Positions 1-11,116 of a DNA stretch of 20,000 nt are shown here, one piece after another. This stretch comes from an uncultured virus (IMG/VR IMGVR_UViG_3300023054_000005) (Duplodnaviria; Heunggongvirae; Uroviricota; Caudoviricetes). The translations under genes were made by a program, and so were the position numbers. The notes beneath the pieces are model-generated. The model made no database searches and was not told the DNA's origin. It was given only the letters and a program-made list of their open reading frames with translations. The stretch lies in the IMG/VR virus record IMGVR_UViG_3300023054_000005; one strand, written 5' to 3'. Each line of letters begins with the position of its first letter. Position 1 is the first letter of the stretch.

Positions 1-165
1 TCTGAACCCCAAGAATTATTTTTTAAAAAAATGATTAAACAAGGAGGTACTTTTAATGTAAATAAAGTTCAATATAAGGTAAGTATAGAACGAAGAGATG
101 ACTTAGACTCCAATGGAAACAAACCCATTAATTTACCCCTCTCCCCAGGAGAAAGATCATTTTAA
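1..165 (+). CDS. 3' end of hypothetical protein (5'-truncated by window)
   Basis: Open frame 1 from the window start (SEPQELFFKKMIKQGG...SPGERSF) to TAA at 163-165. Confidence 0.6.
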   Translation, partial: SEPQELFFKKMIKQGGTFNVNKVQYKVSIERRDDLDSNGNKPINLPLSPGERSF

Positions 166-211
166 ATTAAAGTTTATGTTAGTAGAAATACCAAATGAAA
201 AGAAATAAGTT

Positions 212-1162
212 ATGAAACATTTAGAAGATACACCTTGGTTTATCTGTGATAGTGATGATGAAAATTATTGCGCTTACATGGACACAGACTCAGTATACAT
301 TAATGCTGAACCCCTATTAAACTTTTTATACCCCAATTTTGAAGGTTTAGAAGATAGTAAAAAAGATGATTTATTAGAGGGGGTAGCATTAGAATATCAA
401 GACATAATCACACACCAATATAACACTTTAGCTAAAGAATGTTTTAACGTACCTAATGGTGTAGTTAATAAACATAGATTAGAGATGAAAACAGAAGCTG
501 TTATCCGATCTGCATACTTTAGGGCAACTCGTCGTTATGCCCAATGGATTACTAAAAAGGAAGGTATAGCTAAGGAAGAATTAGAAATTAAGGGGTTGGA
601 ATTTATGAAAGCTAATTTCCCACCTATTTTAGGAGAATTTTTTAATGATATACTACACCAAGTACTTAAAGGTGGTGAAAAAATTGATATTCTAGATCAG
701 ATTAAAGTTTTTAAAAAACAAATTTTAGACGGTACAATCCCACTAGCAAAATTGGGAAACCCTACCTCAGTCAAAAAGCTAGAAAAATATTCAGGAAATA
801 CCCCCAGATCCGGTGAGATTTTCACGGAAATAAAAAAACGTGCACCAGCACCCGTTAGAGCAGCAATTCGCTATAATGATTTATTAAGACTGTGGCAGTT
901 GGATAGAACTTATAATTTAGTTACTATGTCTGATAAAGTTAAATGGATTTACTTAAAAGATAACCCATATAAAATAGAGGCATTAGCATTTTTTGATTAT
1001 GAAATCCCTGATAAAATCCAAAACTTTCTAACCCTTTATGCTAATAGACAAAGAGTCTTTGAAACTATCTTACTTAACAAATTAGAAGGATTCTTTTCAG
1101 ACCTTTCATGGGAACTTAACTTAAATCCTCACCTAAATGTGTTAAAATCCTTTGAGATATAA
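212..1162 (+). CDS. Family B DNA polymerase, C-terminal half (palm motif C plus thumb); split polymerase subunit
   Basis: YMDTDSVY at residues 22-29 matches PolB motif C (YGDTDS), followed by RRYA (KKRYA-like) and KGLE. No exonuclease, motif A or motif B in this ORF. Confidence 0.85.
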   Translation: MKHLEDTPWFICDSDDENYCAYMDTDSVYINAEPLLNFLYPNFEGLEDSKKDDLLEGVALEYQDIITHQYNTLAKECFNVPNGVVNKHRLEMKTEAVIRSAYFRATRRYAQWITKKEGIAKEELEIKGLEFMKANFPPILGEFFNDILHQVLKGGEKIDILDQIKVFKKQILDGTIPLAKLGNPTSVKKLEKYSGNTPRSGEIFTEIKKRAPAPVRAAIRYNDLLRLWQLDRTYNLVTMSDKVKWIYLKDNPYKIEALAFFDYEIPDKIQNFLTLYANRQRVFETILLNKLEGFFSDLSWELNLNPHLNVLKSFEI

Positions 1163-1179
1163 AATATCTTTTGTATATT
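1151..1179 (+). promoter_or_regulatory. Putative promoter TTTG-N19-TATATT
   Basis: tttg 1151-1154 and tatatt from 1174, just upstream of ORF 1202; resembles the Bacteroidota -33/-7 architecture. Confidence 0.5.
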
Positions 1180-1201
1180 CACTAATATAAAAAACAATAA
1201 A

Positions 1202-1927
1202 ATGATTAATAAAGTAAAGTTAACATCTCTAATTTCTAAGTATTATTTAAATGGGTTGAATAATCAAGCAAAATGGAGAATTAAAAATAATCAACTTACA
1301 ATATATGCAGGGGAATCAGGTAAAGTGTGTAAAGTAGTATTGAAAGATTTCCCATTAGGGGATGGTGAATTAGGGATATTTGATACCGGGAAATTGTCAA
1401 AACTAATGTCTATTACAAGTGGGGATTTAATGTTAGGGGTGGAAAAACTTAAATCTATATTTACAAAATTATATATTAAAGATTCTCATTTCGATTTAAC
1501 ATATTCTTTAGCTGATGTTTTAATTTTAGGGAAAAATATATGGTATGACGAACCCCAAGATTACAATTTTAAGTTAAAACTTAACAGTGAAGACATTGAC
1601 CATTTAATTAAAGCAAAAAATGCTTTAGGGGAAGTTGAAAACATGCTAATCAGAACCACTACTGATTTAGATAAAAACCCAATATGTGAATTCATATTTG
1701 GAGATAATACAGGGTTTTCAAATAAAATTACATACCAAATTGGTGGTGGAGATATAAAGGATTTAGAATTAGAAATCCCTTACAATTCTAGTATATTTAA
1801 AGATATACTCGCTGCTAACAAAGACCAAGAAACCTGTATCTTAACACTTTCTTCAAAATCTACCTTAAAATTAGATTTCAAATCTCCAGATATAGAAAGT
1901 GAATATTTTCTAGCTAGAAATGAATAA
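1202..1927 (+). CDS. Probable DNA sliding clamp / processivity factor (gp45/PCNA-like)
   Basis: 241 aa with a beta-rich pattern, directly after PolB and near clamp loader genes. Call rests mainly on size and context. Confidence 0.55.
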   Translation: MINKVKLTSLISKYYLNGLNNQAKWRIKNNQLTIYAGESGKVCKVVLKDFPLGDGELGIFDTGKLSKLMSITSGDLMLGVEKLKSIFTKLYIKDSHFDLTYSLADVLILGKNIWYDEPQDYNFKLKLNSEDIDHLIKAKNALGEVENMLIRTTTDLDKNPICEFIFGDNTGFSNKITYQIGGGDIKDLELEIPYNSSIFKDILAANKDQETCILTLSSKSTLKLDFKSPDIESEYFLARNE

Positions 1928-1942
1928 CTTCACCAAAATAGC

Positions 1943-1971
1943 GTGTCTTAGCACATTATTTTTCGTATATT
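1943..1971 (+). promoter_or_regulatory. Putative promoter GTG-N20-TATATT (TTTCGTATATT)
   Basis: Intergenic tttcgtatatt at 1961-1971; same motif recurs at 4628, 6425, 14382, 15085 and 15672. Confidence 0.55.
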
Positions 1972-1993
1972 GACATCTAAATAAACAAGTCAT

Positions 1994-2317
1994 ATGTCTG
2001 AAGTTAAACAAAGAAAATCAATCCAAACTATTACTGATCCTCTATTAGAACCCTTTTTTATAACAAAGGATGAATATAGTTACACAGTAAAACAAAATGT
2101 AACATCTGATTCTTCTCATTTTAGGAGCAAAGGAAAAACAAAAACTTATGAAAAATCTTTATATTATTTCACAAATTTAGATCAAGCTTTAGTAAAAATT
2201 TCAAATTTGAAAGCGGATATAGAAGATGTAAGTTCATTAGAAGAGTATATAAACAATTATATAACAATAAGTAATAACATTAAAAAATACACAGATGGCA
2301 TTAGAAGCATTGTTTGA
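1994..2317 (+). CDS. Hypothetical protein
   Basis: 107 aa ORF after a promoter motif, overlapping the groES start. Confidence 0.75.
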   Translation: MSEVKQRKSIQTITDPLLEPFFITKDEYSYTVKQNVTSDSSHFRSKGKTKTYEKSLYYFTNLDQALVKISNLKADIEDVSSLEEYINNYITISNNIKKYTDGIRSIV

Positions 2318-2588
2318 TGCAGTTATAGTTAAACCTATAGAAGCAGAAGAAACCACGTATGGTGGAATTATTGTACCTGACTTAGGTAAAGAAAAAAATG
2401 AAACAGGAGAAGTAATCGCTGTAGGTCCAGGGAGATATACAATTTCAGGTAAACTTCTACCTACACAATTAAAAACAGGTGACATAGTAGTATTACCTAC
2501 CATGGGGTTTACTAAATTACCATACAATGGTGAGGAATATTATGTAGGTCCTGAGAATAGTGTCTTAGCAAAAATAAACTCTAATTAG
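2295..2588 (+). CDS. groES: Co-chaperonin GroES (Cpn10)
   Basis: 97 aa; EEETTYGGIIVP-like mobile loop (AEETTYGGIIVPD), GEVIAVGPG, LKTGDIV; adjacent to groEL. Confidence 0.95.
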   Translation: MALEALFDAVIVKPIEAEETTYGGIIVPDLGKEKNETGEVIAVGPGRYTISGKLLPTQLKTGDIVVLPTMGFTKLPYNGEEYYVGPENSVLAKINSN

Positions 2589-2590
2589 TC

Positions 2591-2627
2591 AAGAAAATCA
2601 AATTTTTGTAAGAAAATCAAATCTTTG
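2591..2627 (+). repeat. Tandem near-duplication, period 19 nt (aagaaaatcaaatYtttg)
   Basis: aagaaaatcaaatttttg at 2591-2608 and aagaaaatcaaatctttg at 2610-2627. Confidence 0.75.
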
Positions 2628-2758
2628 CATATTTAGAATCAAATCCTATAAAAGAATGGGATTCTGCTAAAGATATAAATCTAGCATTTCCCGGAAACAT
2701 ATACGATGTTTTATATTCAAACGGAAAACGACATGGTTATAAATGGAAATATAAATAA
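2612..2758 (+). pseudogene. NUMOD1-like DNA-binding module remnant (homing endonuclease relic)
   Basis: Start-less frame ENQIFAYLESNPIKEWDSAKDINLAFPGNIYDVLYSNGKRHGYKWKYK*; IKEW.SAK and GYKWKY are NUMOD1-type signatures. Confidence 0.6.
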
Positions 2759-2777
2759 TAAATTTACAAAATAAAAA

Positions 2778-4400
<1,623 letters not shown>

Positions 4401-4422
4401 AATTTTAAACTAGATTATAACA

Positions 4423-4590
4423 ATGAATAAGCAGGAAATTTTTGAACAGATTACAGAATTATTTAACATTTTTGTAGAAAAACATAATAAAACTACAAAA
4501 AAATCACAACAAGAAGCTAGAAAAAGTCTAGGTAATATAAAAAACCTAGTAACCGAATACCGAAAGGCATCCGTGGCTGAAAGCAAATAA
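4423..4590 (+). CDS. Small helical protein, histone H1-like Hc1 family (Bacteroidota type); not in ORF track
   Basis: 55 aa MNKQEIFEQ...EARKSLGNIKNLVTEYRKASVAESK; the ARK...L..EYRKAS pattern resembles Hc1-like proteins; followed by a terminator. Confidence 0.6.
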   Translation: MNKQEIFEQITELFNIFVEKHNKTTKKSQQEARKSLGNIKNLVTEYRKASVAESK

Positions 4591-4595
4591 AATAT

Positions 4596-4630
4596 ATGGG
4601 GAAGTTTTTATGGCTTCCCCATTATTTTTT
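4596..4630 (+). terminator. Rho-independent terminator
   Basis: atggggaag...cttccccat stem followed by a T tract; overlaps the next promoter motif. Confidence 0.75.
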
Positions 4631-4638
4631 CGTATATT
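4611..4638 (+). promoter_or_regulatory. Putative promoter (TTTCGTATATT)
   Basis: tttcgtatatt at 4628-4638 immediately before ORF 4645. Confidence 0.5.
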
Positions 4639-4644
4639 ATATCT

Positions 4645-4911
4645 ATGGAAATAAAAATAGACAAAATCAAAATAGAATTAATAGCTATAAGACAAGCCCC
4701 CGGTGATAGATATCGCTTAGTATCTGACGGTCCTGAAGGTAAAATCTATACATCTTTAACCAATACCTTAGAGGCTTATATTGTAAAAACTAAGTTTGTT
4801 GGGGATTTTAAATTATCCCCACTTAAAGGAGAATTATATACTATTGCAACATCAGAAAAAGAAATAGAACCTAAACCAATTAAAAAATATTCAATTTATG
4901 GGGAGTTTTGA
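4645..4911 (+). CDS. Hypothetical protein
   Basis: 88 aa ORF overlapping the start of the clamp loader gene. Confidence 0.7.
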   Translation: MEIKIDKIKIELIAIRQAPGDRYRLVSDGPEGKIYTSLTNTLEAYIVKTKFVGDFKLSPLKGELYTIATSEKEIEPKPIKKYSIYGEF

Positions 4912-5818
4912 TAGAGAACAAACTTTGCTTAATGAACGTTATAGACCTAATACTTTAGAAAACTTTGTAGGTAATGCTACCTTAAAATCTTCAATTGATA
5001 GACAGTTAAAGAATAATGACATACAAAACTATCTATTTTATGCCGGGGCGGGTACAGGTAAAACAACCCTAGCTAAAATTATAGTAAACAATCTTGATTG
5101 CGAATCCCTATACATAAATGCCTCAGATGAAAGAGGTATTGAAACTATTAGGGATAAAGTATCAGGGTTTGCTTCAATGGCATCATTTAAACCTCTTAAA
5201 GTGGTTATTTTGGATGAAGCGGATTATTTAACAATAAATGCACAAGCATCTTTAAGGAATGTGATTGAAACCTTTTCACGTAGTACTAGATTTATTTTAA
5301 CTTGCAATTATATTGAACGTATTATTGATCCAATCCAATCTAGATGTCAAACTTTTAAAGTAGAACCCCCAACTAAAAAAGAAGTTGCGGTTCATATAGC
5401 AGGAATATGTGATAAAGAGAAAATAAGCTATGACTTAATAGATATAGCTAAAATCGTAAATAAAACATATCCTGATATTAGGAAGATGATAAATACCATA
5501 CAATCTAGTTCTATAGATGGAGTATTAATATTGGATGATGATTTAATTATTTCTTCAAGTTATATATACGATGTTTTAACGGAATTGGCAAAACCAAAAC
5601 CACAATTTAAAGTTATAAGACAAATTATTGCCGATTCTAATATTAATGATTATGAAGAATTATTTAAATCACTATATGAAAGGTCTGAAGAATATTTACC
5701 AAATAGAGGGGGTACTGTTGCTATGTTAATAAACGACCACCAATATAAAGCAAATTTCCGTATAGATAAAGAAATAAATGCCCTGTCCTTAATCCAAAAT
5801 TTAATAAACAACAAATAA
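4898..5818 (+). CDS. Clamp loader AAA+ ATPase (RFC small subunit / T4 gp44-like)
   Basis: ERYRP, Walker [18 protein letters not shown], Walker B ILDEAD, SRC motif (IQSRC). Confidence 0.93.
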   Translation: MGSFDREQTLLNERYRPNTLENFVGNATLKSSIDRQLKNNDIQNYLFYAGAGTGKTTLAKIIVNNLDCESLYINASDERGIETIRDKVSGFASMASFKPLKVVILDEADYLTINAQASLRNVIETFSRSTRFILTCNYIERIIDPIQSRCQTFKVEPPTKKEVAVHIAGICDKEKISYDLIDIAKIVNKTYPDIRKMINTIQSSSIDGVLILDDDLIISSSYIYDVLTELAKPKPQFKVIRQIIADSNINDYEELFKSLYERSEEYLPNRGGTVAMLINDHQYKANFRIDKEINALSLIQNLINNK

Positions 5819-5819
5819 T

Positions 5820-6068
5820 ATGCAAAACCCACAATCGGCACAAATGCCACCAATTGATTTGAAAAACACTACCGAAGTTAAAAACTCTGATGGAGGGAGT
5901 GTATTTGTACAAGGAGTAATTTTACGTAAAGTATCCAAATTTATTACCGGAACAGATGAGGATGCTCTTCTTCCTATCCCTGTGTTTTTTGATCCTGTAA
6001 CAAAAAAAATCTTAAAAGACTCGGTCCCAAAAGATTTAAGAGAGGAACTTAAAGAAGAGTTGTGTTAG
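5820..6068 (+). CDS. Hypothetical protein
   Basis: 82 aa, tightly packed between the clamp loader genes. Confidence 0.75.
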   Translation: MQNPQSAQMPPIDLKNTTEVKNSDGGSVFVQGVILRKVSKFITGTDEDALLPIPVFFDPVTKKILKDSVPKDLREELKEELC

Positions 6069-6069
6069 A

Positions 6070-6483
6070 ATGAAAACTGTATTTGATTGGCTAAAACAAA
6101 TTAATACTACCAAATCTCCCACTGATTCATTTTCAGAATCAGATTGGGAGACTTGGAATAGTTATATGGTTCATAGATTTCTAAGTCAGAATGAAGATTT
6201 TTTAGAATTGGTGAACGAGGTACAAGTTATACCTCCCCAAAACAAAAAAGAAATATACTCAGTATATGTCGAATTTATTCCTAAAAATAATAAATGGAGT
6301 AAATACATTAAATCTAAAGTTAAAGAAAGAAATAATGAATTATTAATACACTTAAAGGACCATTTTAAACTATCTATAAGAGAAGTAAAAGAATATTTAT
6401 ATTTTTTGGATAATGAACATATTGTTCGTATATTAACAAATAGAGGATTAGATAATAAAGAAATTAAAAAAATTATAAAATGA
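6070..6483 (+). CDS. Probable clamp loader small subunit (T4 gp62-like)
   Basis: FDWLKQI...WNSYMVHRFLS...VNEVQ...KW.KY pattern, 137 aa, near the gp44-like gene. Confidence 0.7.
   Translation: MKTVFDWLKQINTTKSPTDSFSESDWETWNSYMVHRFLSQNEDFLELVNEVQVIPPQNKKEIYSVYVEFIPKNNKWSKYIKSKVKERNNELLIHLKDHFKLSIREVKEYLYFLDNEHIVRILTNRGLDNKEIKKIIK
6405..6434 (+). promoter_or_regulatory. Putative internal promoter TTTG-N20-TATATT
   Basis: tttg 6405-6408 and ttcgtatatt 6425-6434, about 45 nt upstream of ORF 6480. Confidence 0.45.
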
Positions 6484-6707
6484 ACCCATTATTATACAAA
6501 ATGTTATTAACTTCTGCAGAAGCAGATAGAGCAAAAGCCATGCTATCCTTTGATTTATTAGGAAATAAGGCAGCAGGAATTGGTGATCATTCAACCGAAG
6601 ATTTTTATAAAAATGCTGAAGAGACACTTAGGATGTTGATTGATGCTGATGAGAGAATAGAAAAACTAAAAATTCAATTTTTAAAATTTACACAAATAAA
6701 TGGGTAG
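6480..6707 (+). CDS. Hypothetical coiled-coil protein (GIGDH motif)
   Basis: 75 aa, overlaps both neighbours. Confidence 0.7.
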   Translation: MNPLLYKMLLTSAEADRAKAMLSFDLLGNKAAGIGDHSTEDFYKNAEETLRMLIDADERIEKLKIQFLKFTQING

Positions 6708-7164
6708 CGCTGTAACAAAACATTTCGAGAATGTGGAAAATAAATTACCTCATAACCAATTCCCCATAGGGAAAAAATATTGGGAAAATCTTACTCACCC
6801 TACAAATATGAGAGGTGAAGTACCCCAAAATGCAGTACAAATATTTGAAAACGAATACGGGGCACTATCCAATGAGTTTAAACAAATACAACATGAACAA
6901 TACGAGTTATTTGCTAGAAAACACTTAGATTATGGACTTAATAATATTGCTTTGGGCGGAGATATCGTTAATAATAGCAATGACAAGAAGTTTTCACTAA
7001 CTGGGTTGTGTATTAGATTAACGGATAAAATATCACGTTTAAAAAATTTATTAGTTAATGGAAAAAGTTTTGTTGAGGGTGAAGGGATGGAAGATACATT
7101 TATAGATATAGCAAATTATGGAATAATAGGTTTGTTAGTTGGTAGAGATAAATGGCGTAAATAA
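6700..7164 (+). CDS. DUF1599 / nucleotide-modification-associated (Nmad1-like) protein
   Basis: KHLDYG, IRLTDKISRLKNL and EDTFIDIANYGII motifs. Confidence 0.7.
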   Translation: MGSAVTKHFENVENKLPHNQFPIGKKYWENLTHPTNMRGEVPQNAVQIFENEYGALSNEFKQIQHEQYELFARKHLDYGLNNIALGGDIVNNSNDKKFSLTGLCIRLTDKISRLKNLLVNGKSFVEGEGMEDTFIDIANYGIIGLLVGRDKWRK

Positions 7165-7169
7165 TTTGA

Positions 7170-8141
7170 ATGAAAAAGATCCCAAAAATAGTAAAAGAAA
7201 TAAGAAATAATCCACCCTCACTGGTGAATTATGCTTACCAAAAGAATGTATCCCATTCTCAGATGTCAATTTTTAGGAATTGCCCCCACAGATGGAAACT
7301 TCAGTATAAAGAAAGAATTAAACGATTCACATCTTCAATACATACTGTTTTTGGGACCTCTATACATGAAGTAATGCAAAATTATCTAAATGTAGCGTAC
7401 GAAACATCATTTGCCGCCGCAGATAGGGAAATTGATATGGAAGACACTTTCCAAAAAACCTTTATAGAAGAATACCAAAAACAATATAAATCAAATAAAA
7501 ACGAACACTTCTCATCAGCAATTGAAATGAGGGAGTTTTTTGAAGATGGGGTAGGTATTCTAAATTGGTTTAAGAAAAAACGTAGTTCTTATTTCACAAA
7601 AAAAGGTACTTATTTAGTGGGTTGTGAACTCCCATTAGTAATAGCACCAAATAAGGGATATAATAACGTACTATACACCGGATACTTAGATATTGTGTTA
7701 TACCATGAACCTACAAACACCTTTAAAATAATTGACATTAAAACAAGCACTAGGGGGTGGAGGGATCAAGATAAAAAAAATGAAGATAAACAATATCAAT
7801 TACTTTTATATAAGCAATTTTTCTCTGAACAATACAATATCCCGTTAGAAAACATAGAAATAGAATTTTTTATAGTTAAACGTAAAGTATTGGATTGGGA
7901 TGATGAGAAATTAATGTCACCACACCAATCATACAGAGTTCAAATTTTTGTTCCCCCTAGTGGTAAAATTAAATTAAATAAAGCTAAAAATGCTATAAAC
8001 CATTTCATAACCACCTGTTTTAATTCAACTGGGGAAATTAAAAACATAGACTACCCTAAAAACGCCAGCAAATGGAATTGTGGTTTCTGTCCATTTAAAT
8101 TAGATAAGGAGAATTGTGGTGAAGGGATATGTTTTGAATAA
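7170..8141 (+). CDS. PD-(D/E)XK nuclease, Cas4/RecB-like, with probable Fe-S cysteines
   Basis: N-terminal CP, GYLD, IIDIKT, QLLLY and C-terminal CGFCPF...C. Confidence 0.85.
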   Translation: MKKIPKIVKEIRNNPPSLVNYAYQKNVSHSQMSIFRNCPHRWKLQYKERIKRFTSSIHTVFGTSIHEVMQNYLNVAYETSFAAADREIDMEDTFQKTFIEEYQKQYKSNKNEHFSSAIEMREFFEDGVGILNWFKKKRSSYFTKKGTYLVGCELPLVIAPNKGYNNVLYTGYLDIVLYHEPTNTFKIIDIKTSTRGWRDQDKKNEDKQYQLLLYKQFFSEQYNIPLENIEIEFFIVKRKVLDWDDEKLMSPHQSYRVQIFVPPSGKIKLNKAKNAINHFITTCFNSTGEIKNIDYPKNASKWNCGFCPFKLDKENCGEGICFE

Positions 8142-8189
8142 TTTATATATATTTATATTAAACAATACAAACATACAAATATACAAACT

Positions 8190-8369
8190 ATGAGTAATCA
8201 AAAATTAACAAGTGTAAAAATAGATGGGAATCTATGGGAAGAATTTAAAATTGAGTGTATCAAAAGGAAATTCTCATTTCAAAAACTATCTGAACGTGCT
8301 ATTGAACTTTATATGAAAGATGAGGAATTTAGGAGAAAAATAACAAACCATAATTTGGCCTCGGAATAG
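8190..8369 (+). CDS. Ribbon-helix-helix-like DNA-binding protein; not in ORF track
   Basis: 59 aa MSNQKLTSVKIDGNLWEEFKIECIKRKFSFQKLSERAIELYM...; beta strand TSVKID followed by two helices. Confidence 0.65.
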   Translation: MSNQKLTSVKIDGNLWEEFKIECIKRKFSFQKLSERAIELYMKDEEFRRKITNHNLASE

Positions 8370-8383
8370 AAATTTATTATATT
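8354..8383 (+). promoter_or_regulatory. Putative promoter TTTG-N20-TATATT
   Basis: tttg 8354-8357 and tatatt 8378-8383, upstream of the glycosyltransferase cluster. Confidence 0.45.
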
Positions 8384-8399
8384 AATAAAAAGTTATTAT

Positions 8400-9839
8400 A
8401 TGAATAAAAGTTTTAAACATCTTCCACAAAAAGAAAGGAAAAAAATACTCCTCTTATGTGATGACCTTAGAGTACATTCTGGTGTTGCAACTATTGCCAA
8501 AGAAATTGTAACTCATACATCACACCACTTTAATTGGGTGCAAATGGCAGGAGCCATTAATCATCCTGAAAAAGGGAAAAAATTAGACTTAAGTCAAAGT
8601 ACTAATACTTTAATGGAGATTGATGATTCTTCTCTATTTTTATACCCACAAGATGGATATGGCAACCCCGATACATTACGACAAATAATAGCATCAGAAA
8701 AACCTGATGCCATCATGTTAATTACAGATCCTAGATATTTTACTTGGATTTTCAATATGGAACATGAAATACGTCGTAAAATTCCTATTACCTATCTAAA
8801 CATTTGGGACGATTATCCTGCTCCAATGTACAACCAACCTTACTATGAGGCTTGTGATTTATTAATGGGAATATCAAAACAAACTGTAAACATTAATAAA
8901 ATTGTTTTAGGTGATAAGGGTAAAAATAAAATTTTTAAATACATACCCCATGGTCTAAATGAGGATGTATACAAACCTGTATCTAAAACAGACCAGGGTT
9001 TTGTTCAATTTAAAAAGATATTATTTGGTGGGTTTGATCCCAAATTTGTACTGTTTTTCAACTCAAGAAATATTAGAAGAAAACAAATCCCGGATGCAAT
9101 GTTAGCCTTTAGACATTTTTTAGATAGTTTACCTAAGGAAGAGGCTTTAAAATGTAGAATGGTACTACATACTGAATTGACATCAGACCACGGGACAGAT
9201 TTAGAAGTGGTTAAAGAATATTTTTTTGATGAAGAATATGAAGATACAATTGTATTTTCTACTCAAAAATACCACCAAACACAACTAAATTATTTATATA
9301 ATATAGCAGACGTACAGATATTACTTACTTCTAATGAGGGTTGGGGTTTAACTTTAACTGAAGCTATGTTATCTGGAACCCCCATAATAGCTAATGTTAC
9401 AGGAGGTATGCAAGATCAAATGAGATTTGTAGATTCAAACGGGGAATGGTTTACCCCTTCACCTGAAATCCCATCTAACCATAGAGGAACTTATAAAGAA
9501 CATGGAGAATGGGCATTTCCCGTTTACCCAACATCTAGATCTATCCAAGGTTCATCTCAAACACCTTATATTTTTGACGATAGATGTGAATGGGAAGACG
9601 CTTCTAAACAAATTAAAGCAATATATGATTTAGATCCTGAAGAACGTAAAGCAAGAGGATTAAAAGGCAGAGAATGGGCTTTAAGTGAAGAAGCAGGTTT
9701 TAATTCTAAGCATCAGGCTAATAGAGTTATGGGGGCGTTTGATGAATTATTTTCAACATGGGAACCCAGAGAAAAATATGAAATAATAAATGCCAACGAT
9801 TATAAAGGTAAATTTTTAAAACATAATATAATATACTAA
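8400..9839 (+). CDS. Glycosyltransferase, GT-B fold (GT4-like)
   Basis: SGVAT, IPHG, RNIRRK and NEGWGLTLTEAMLSGTPII (EX7E motif). Confidence 0.9.
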   Translation: MNKSFKHLPQKERKKILLLCDDLRVHSGVATIAKEIVTHTSHHFNWVQMAGAINHPEKGKKLDLSQSTNTLMEIDDSSLFLYPQDGYGNPDTLRQIIASEKPDAIMLITDPRYFTWIFNMEHEIRRKIPITYLNIWDDYPAPMYNQPYYEACDLLMGISKQTVNINKIVLGDKGKNKIFKYIPHGLNEDVYKPVSKTDQGFVQFKKILFGGFDPKFVLFFNSRNIRRKQIPDAMLAFRHFLDSLPKEEALKCRMVLHTELTSDHGTDLEVVKEYFFDEEYEDTIVFSTQKYHQTQLNYLYNIADVQILLTSNEGWGLTLTEAMLSGTPIIANVTGGMQDQMRFVDSNGEWFTPSPEIPSNHRGTYKEHGEWAFPVYPTSRSIQGSSQTPYIFDDRCEWEDASKQIKAIYDLDPEERKARGLKGREWALSEEAGFNSKHQANRVMGAFDELFSTWEPREKYEIINANDYKGKFLKHNIIY

Positions 9840-11110
9840 TGAGTAAACCAACATTTGTAATTTCCTCACCGATGGATACCTATAGTGGGTATGGTGCCCG
9901 ATCACGAGACATAATAAAAGCCATTATAGAAACAGATAAATATGATGTTAAATTAATGGCTCAAAGGTGGGGTTCTACTTCTTGGGGGTTTTGTGATGAC
10001 CATAAAGAATGGCAATTTTTACTTCAACACTTACTCCCTGAAAATCAATTGGTGTCACAACCCGAAATTTGGATGCAAATCACAATTCCAAATGAATTCC
10101 AACCTATAGGAAAATATAATATAGGTTGCACCGCAGGTATAGAAGCTACCATATGTAAGCATGAGTGGATAGAAGGGATGAATAAAATGGATATGAATTT
10201 GGTATCTTCTAATTTTTCTAAAAAGATATTACAAGAGGTATCGTATGCTAAAAAAGACCAAAAATCAAACCGAACATTAGGAGAAATCAAATTAAATAAA
10301 CATGTTGAAGTAGTATTTGAAGGTGCAAATCTAGACATCTATAAAACTTTAAAACCTACAGAAGTCACTAATATCAATTTAGATACAATCCCTGAAAAGT
10401 TTTGTTATTTGTTTGTAGGACATTGGATGCAAGGTAGTTTTGGGCATGATAGAAAAAATGTTTCGGTATTAGTAAAATCCTTTTATGAAACATTTAAAAA
10501 TAAAAAAAACACCCCCGCTTTAATATTAAAAACTTCTGTAGGAGTTGCTTCTTATATAAGCCGAGATGAAATTTTAAAACGTATAAAACAAATAAGAAAA
10601 ACGGTTAAATCCCATACTTTACCTAATATCTATGTTTTGAATGGGGAGTTTAATGACAGTGAAATGAATGAATTATATAACCACCCTAAGGTAAAATCTA
10701 TGGTAAGTTTTACTAAAGGTGAAGGATTTGGACGACCACTATTAGAATTCGGGTTATCAAACAAACCTATAATAGCCTCAGCATTTTCAGGTCAATTAGA
10801 TTTTTTACATCCAAGTTTTACATATTTAATTCCTGGAGTTTTGGAGAATGTCCATGATAGCGCCGCTAATGATTGGTTAATTAAAAAAGCAAAATGGTTT
10901 AAACCTGACAGTGGTCATATTGGTACATCGTTAAAGGATGTTTTTAATAATTACCAAAAATACAAAACTATGGGAATGCGTCAAGGGTCCCACGTACGTA
11001 ATAATTTTAGTTACGAGAAAATGAAAGAATTAGTTGAGAGTATTTTTGATAAAAATATTCCTGAATTTCCAAAACAAGTAGAATTAATATTACCCAAATT
11101 AAAAAAATAA
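9839..11110 (+). CDS. Glycosyltransferase, GT-B fold (GT4-like)
   Basis: SGYG, FLFVG-like YLFVG, DRKN and GEGFGRPLLEFGLSNKPII (EX7E motif). Confidence 0.9.
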   Translation: MSKPTFVISSPMDTYSGYGARSRDIIKAIIETDKYDVKLMAQRWGSTSWGFCDDHKEWQFLLQHLLPENQLVSQPEIWMQITIPNEFQPIGKYNIGCTAGIEATICKHEWIEGMNKMDMNLVSSNFSKKILQEVSYAKKDQKSNRTLGEIKLNKHVEVVFEGANLDIYKTLKPTEVTNINLDTIPEKFCYLFVGHWMQGSFGHDRKNVSVLVKSFYETFKNKKNTPALILKTSVGVASYISRDEILKRIKQIRKTVKSHTLPNIYVLNGEFNDSEMNELYNHPKVKSMVSFTKGEGFGRPLLEFGLSNKPIIASAFSGQLDFLHPSFTYLIPGVLENVHDSAANDWLIKKAKWFKPDSGHIGTSLKDVFNNYQKYKTMGMRQGSHVRNNFSYEKMKELVESIFDKNIPEFPKQVELILPKLKK

Positions 11111-11116
11111 AATAAT

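Noticed and set aside
2237..2527. Minus-strand ORF, 96 aa
   Set aside because: Antisense shadow of groES.
5650..5912. Two minus-strand ORFs
   Set aside because: Shadows of the clamp loader and the next + strand gene.
8160..8188. Short (AYACAA)n-like repeat
   Set aside because: Low-complexity A/C-rich leader; could be an RHH operator but there is no supporting evidence.
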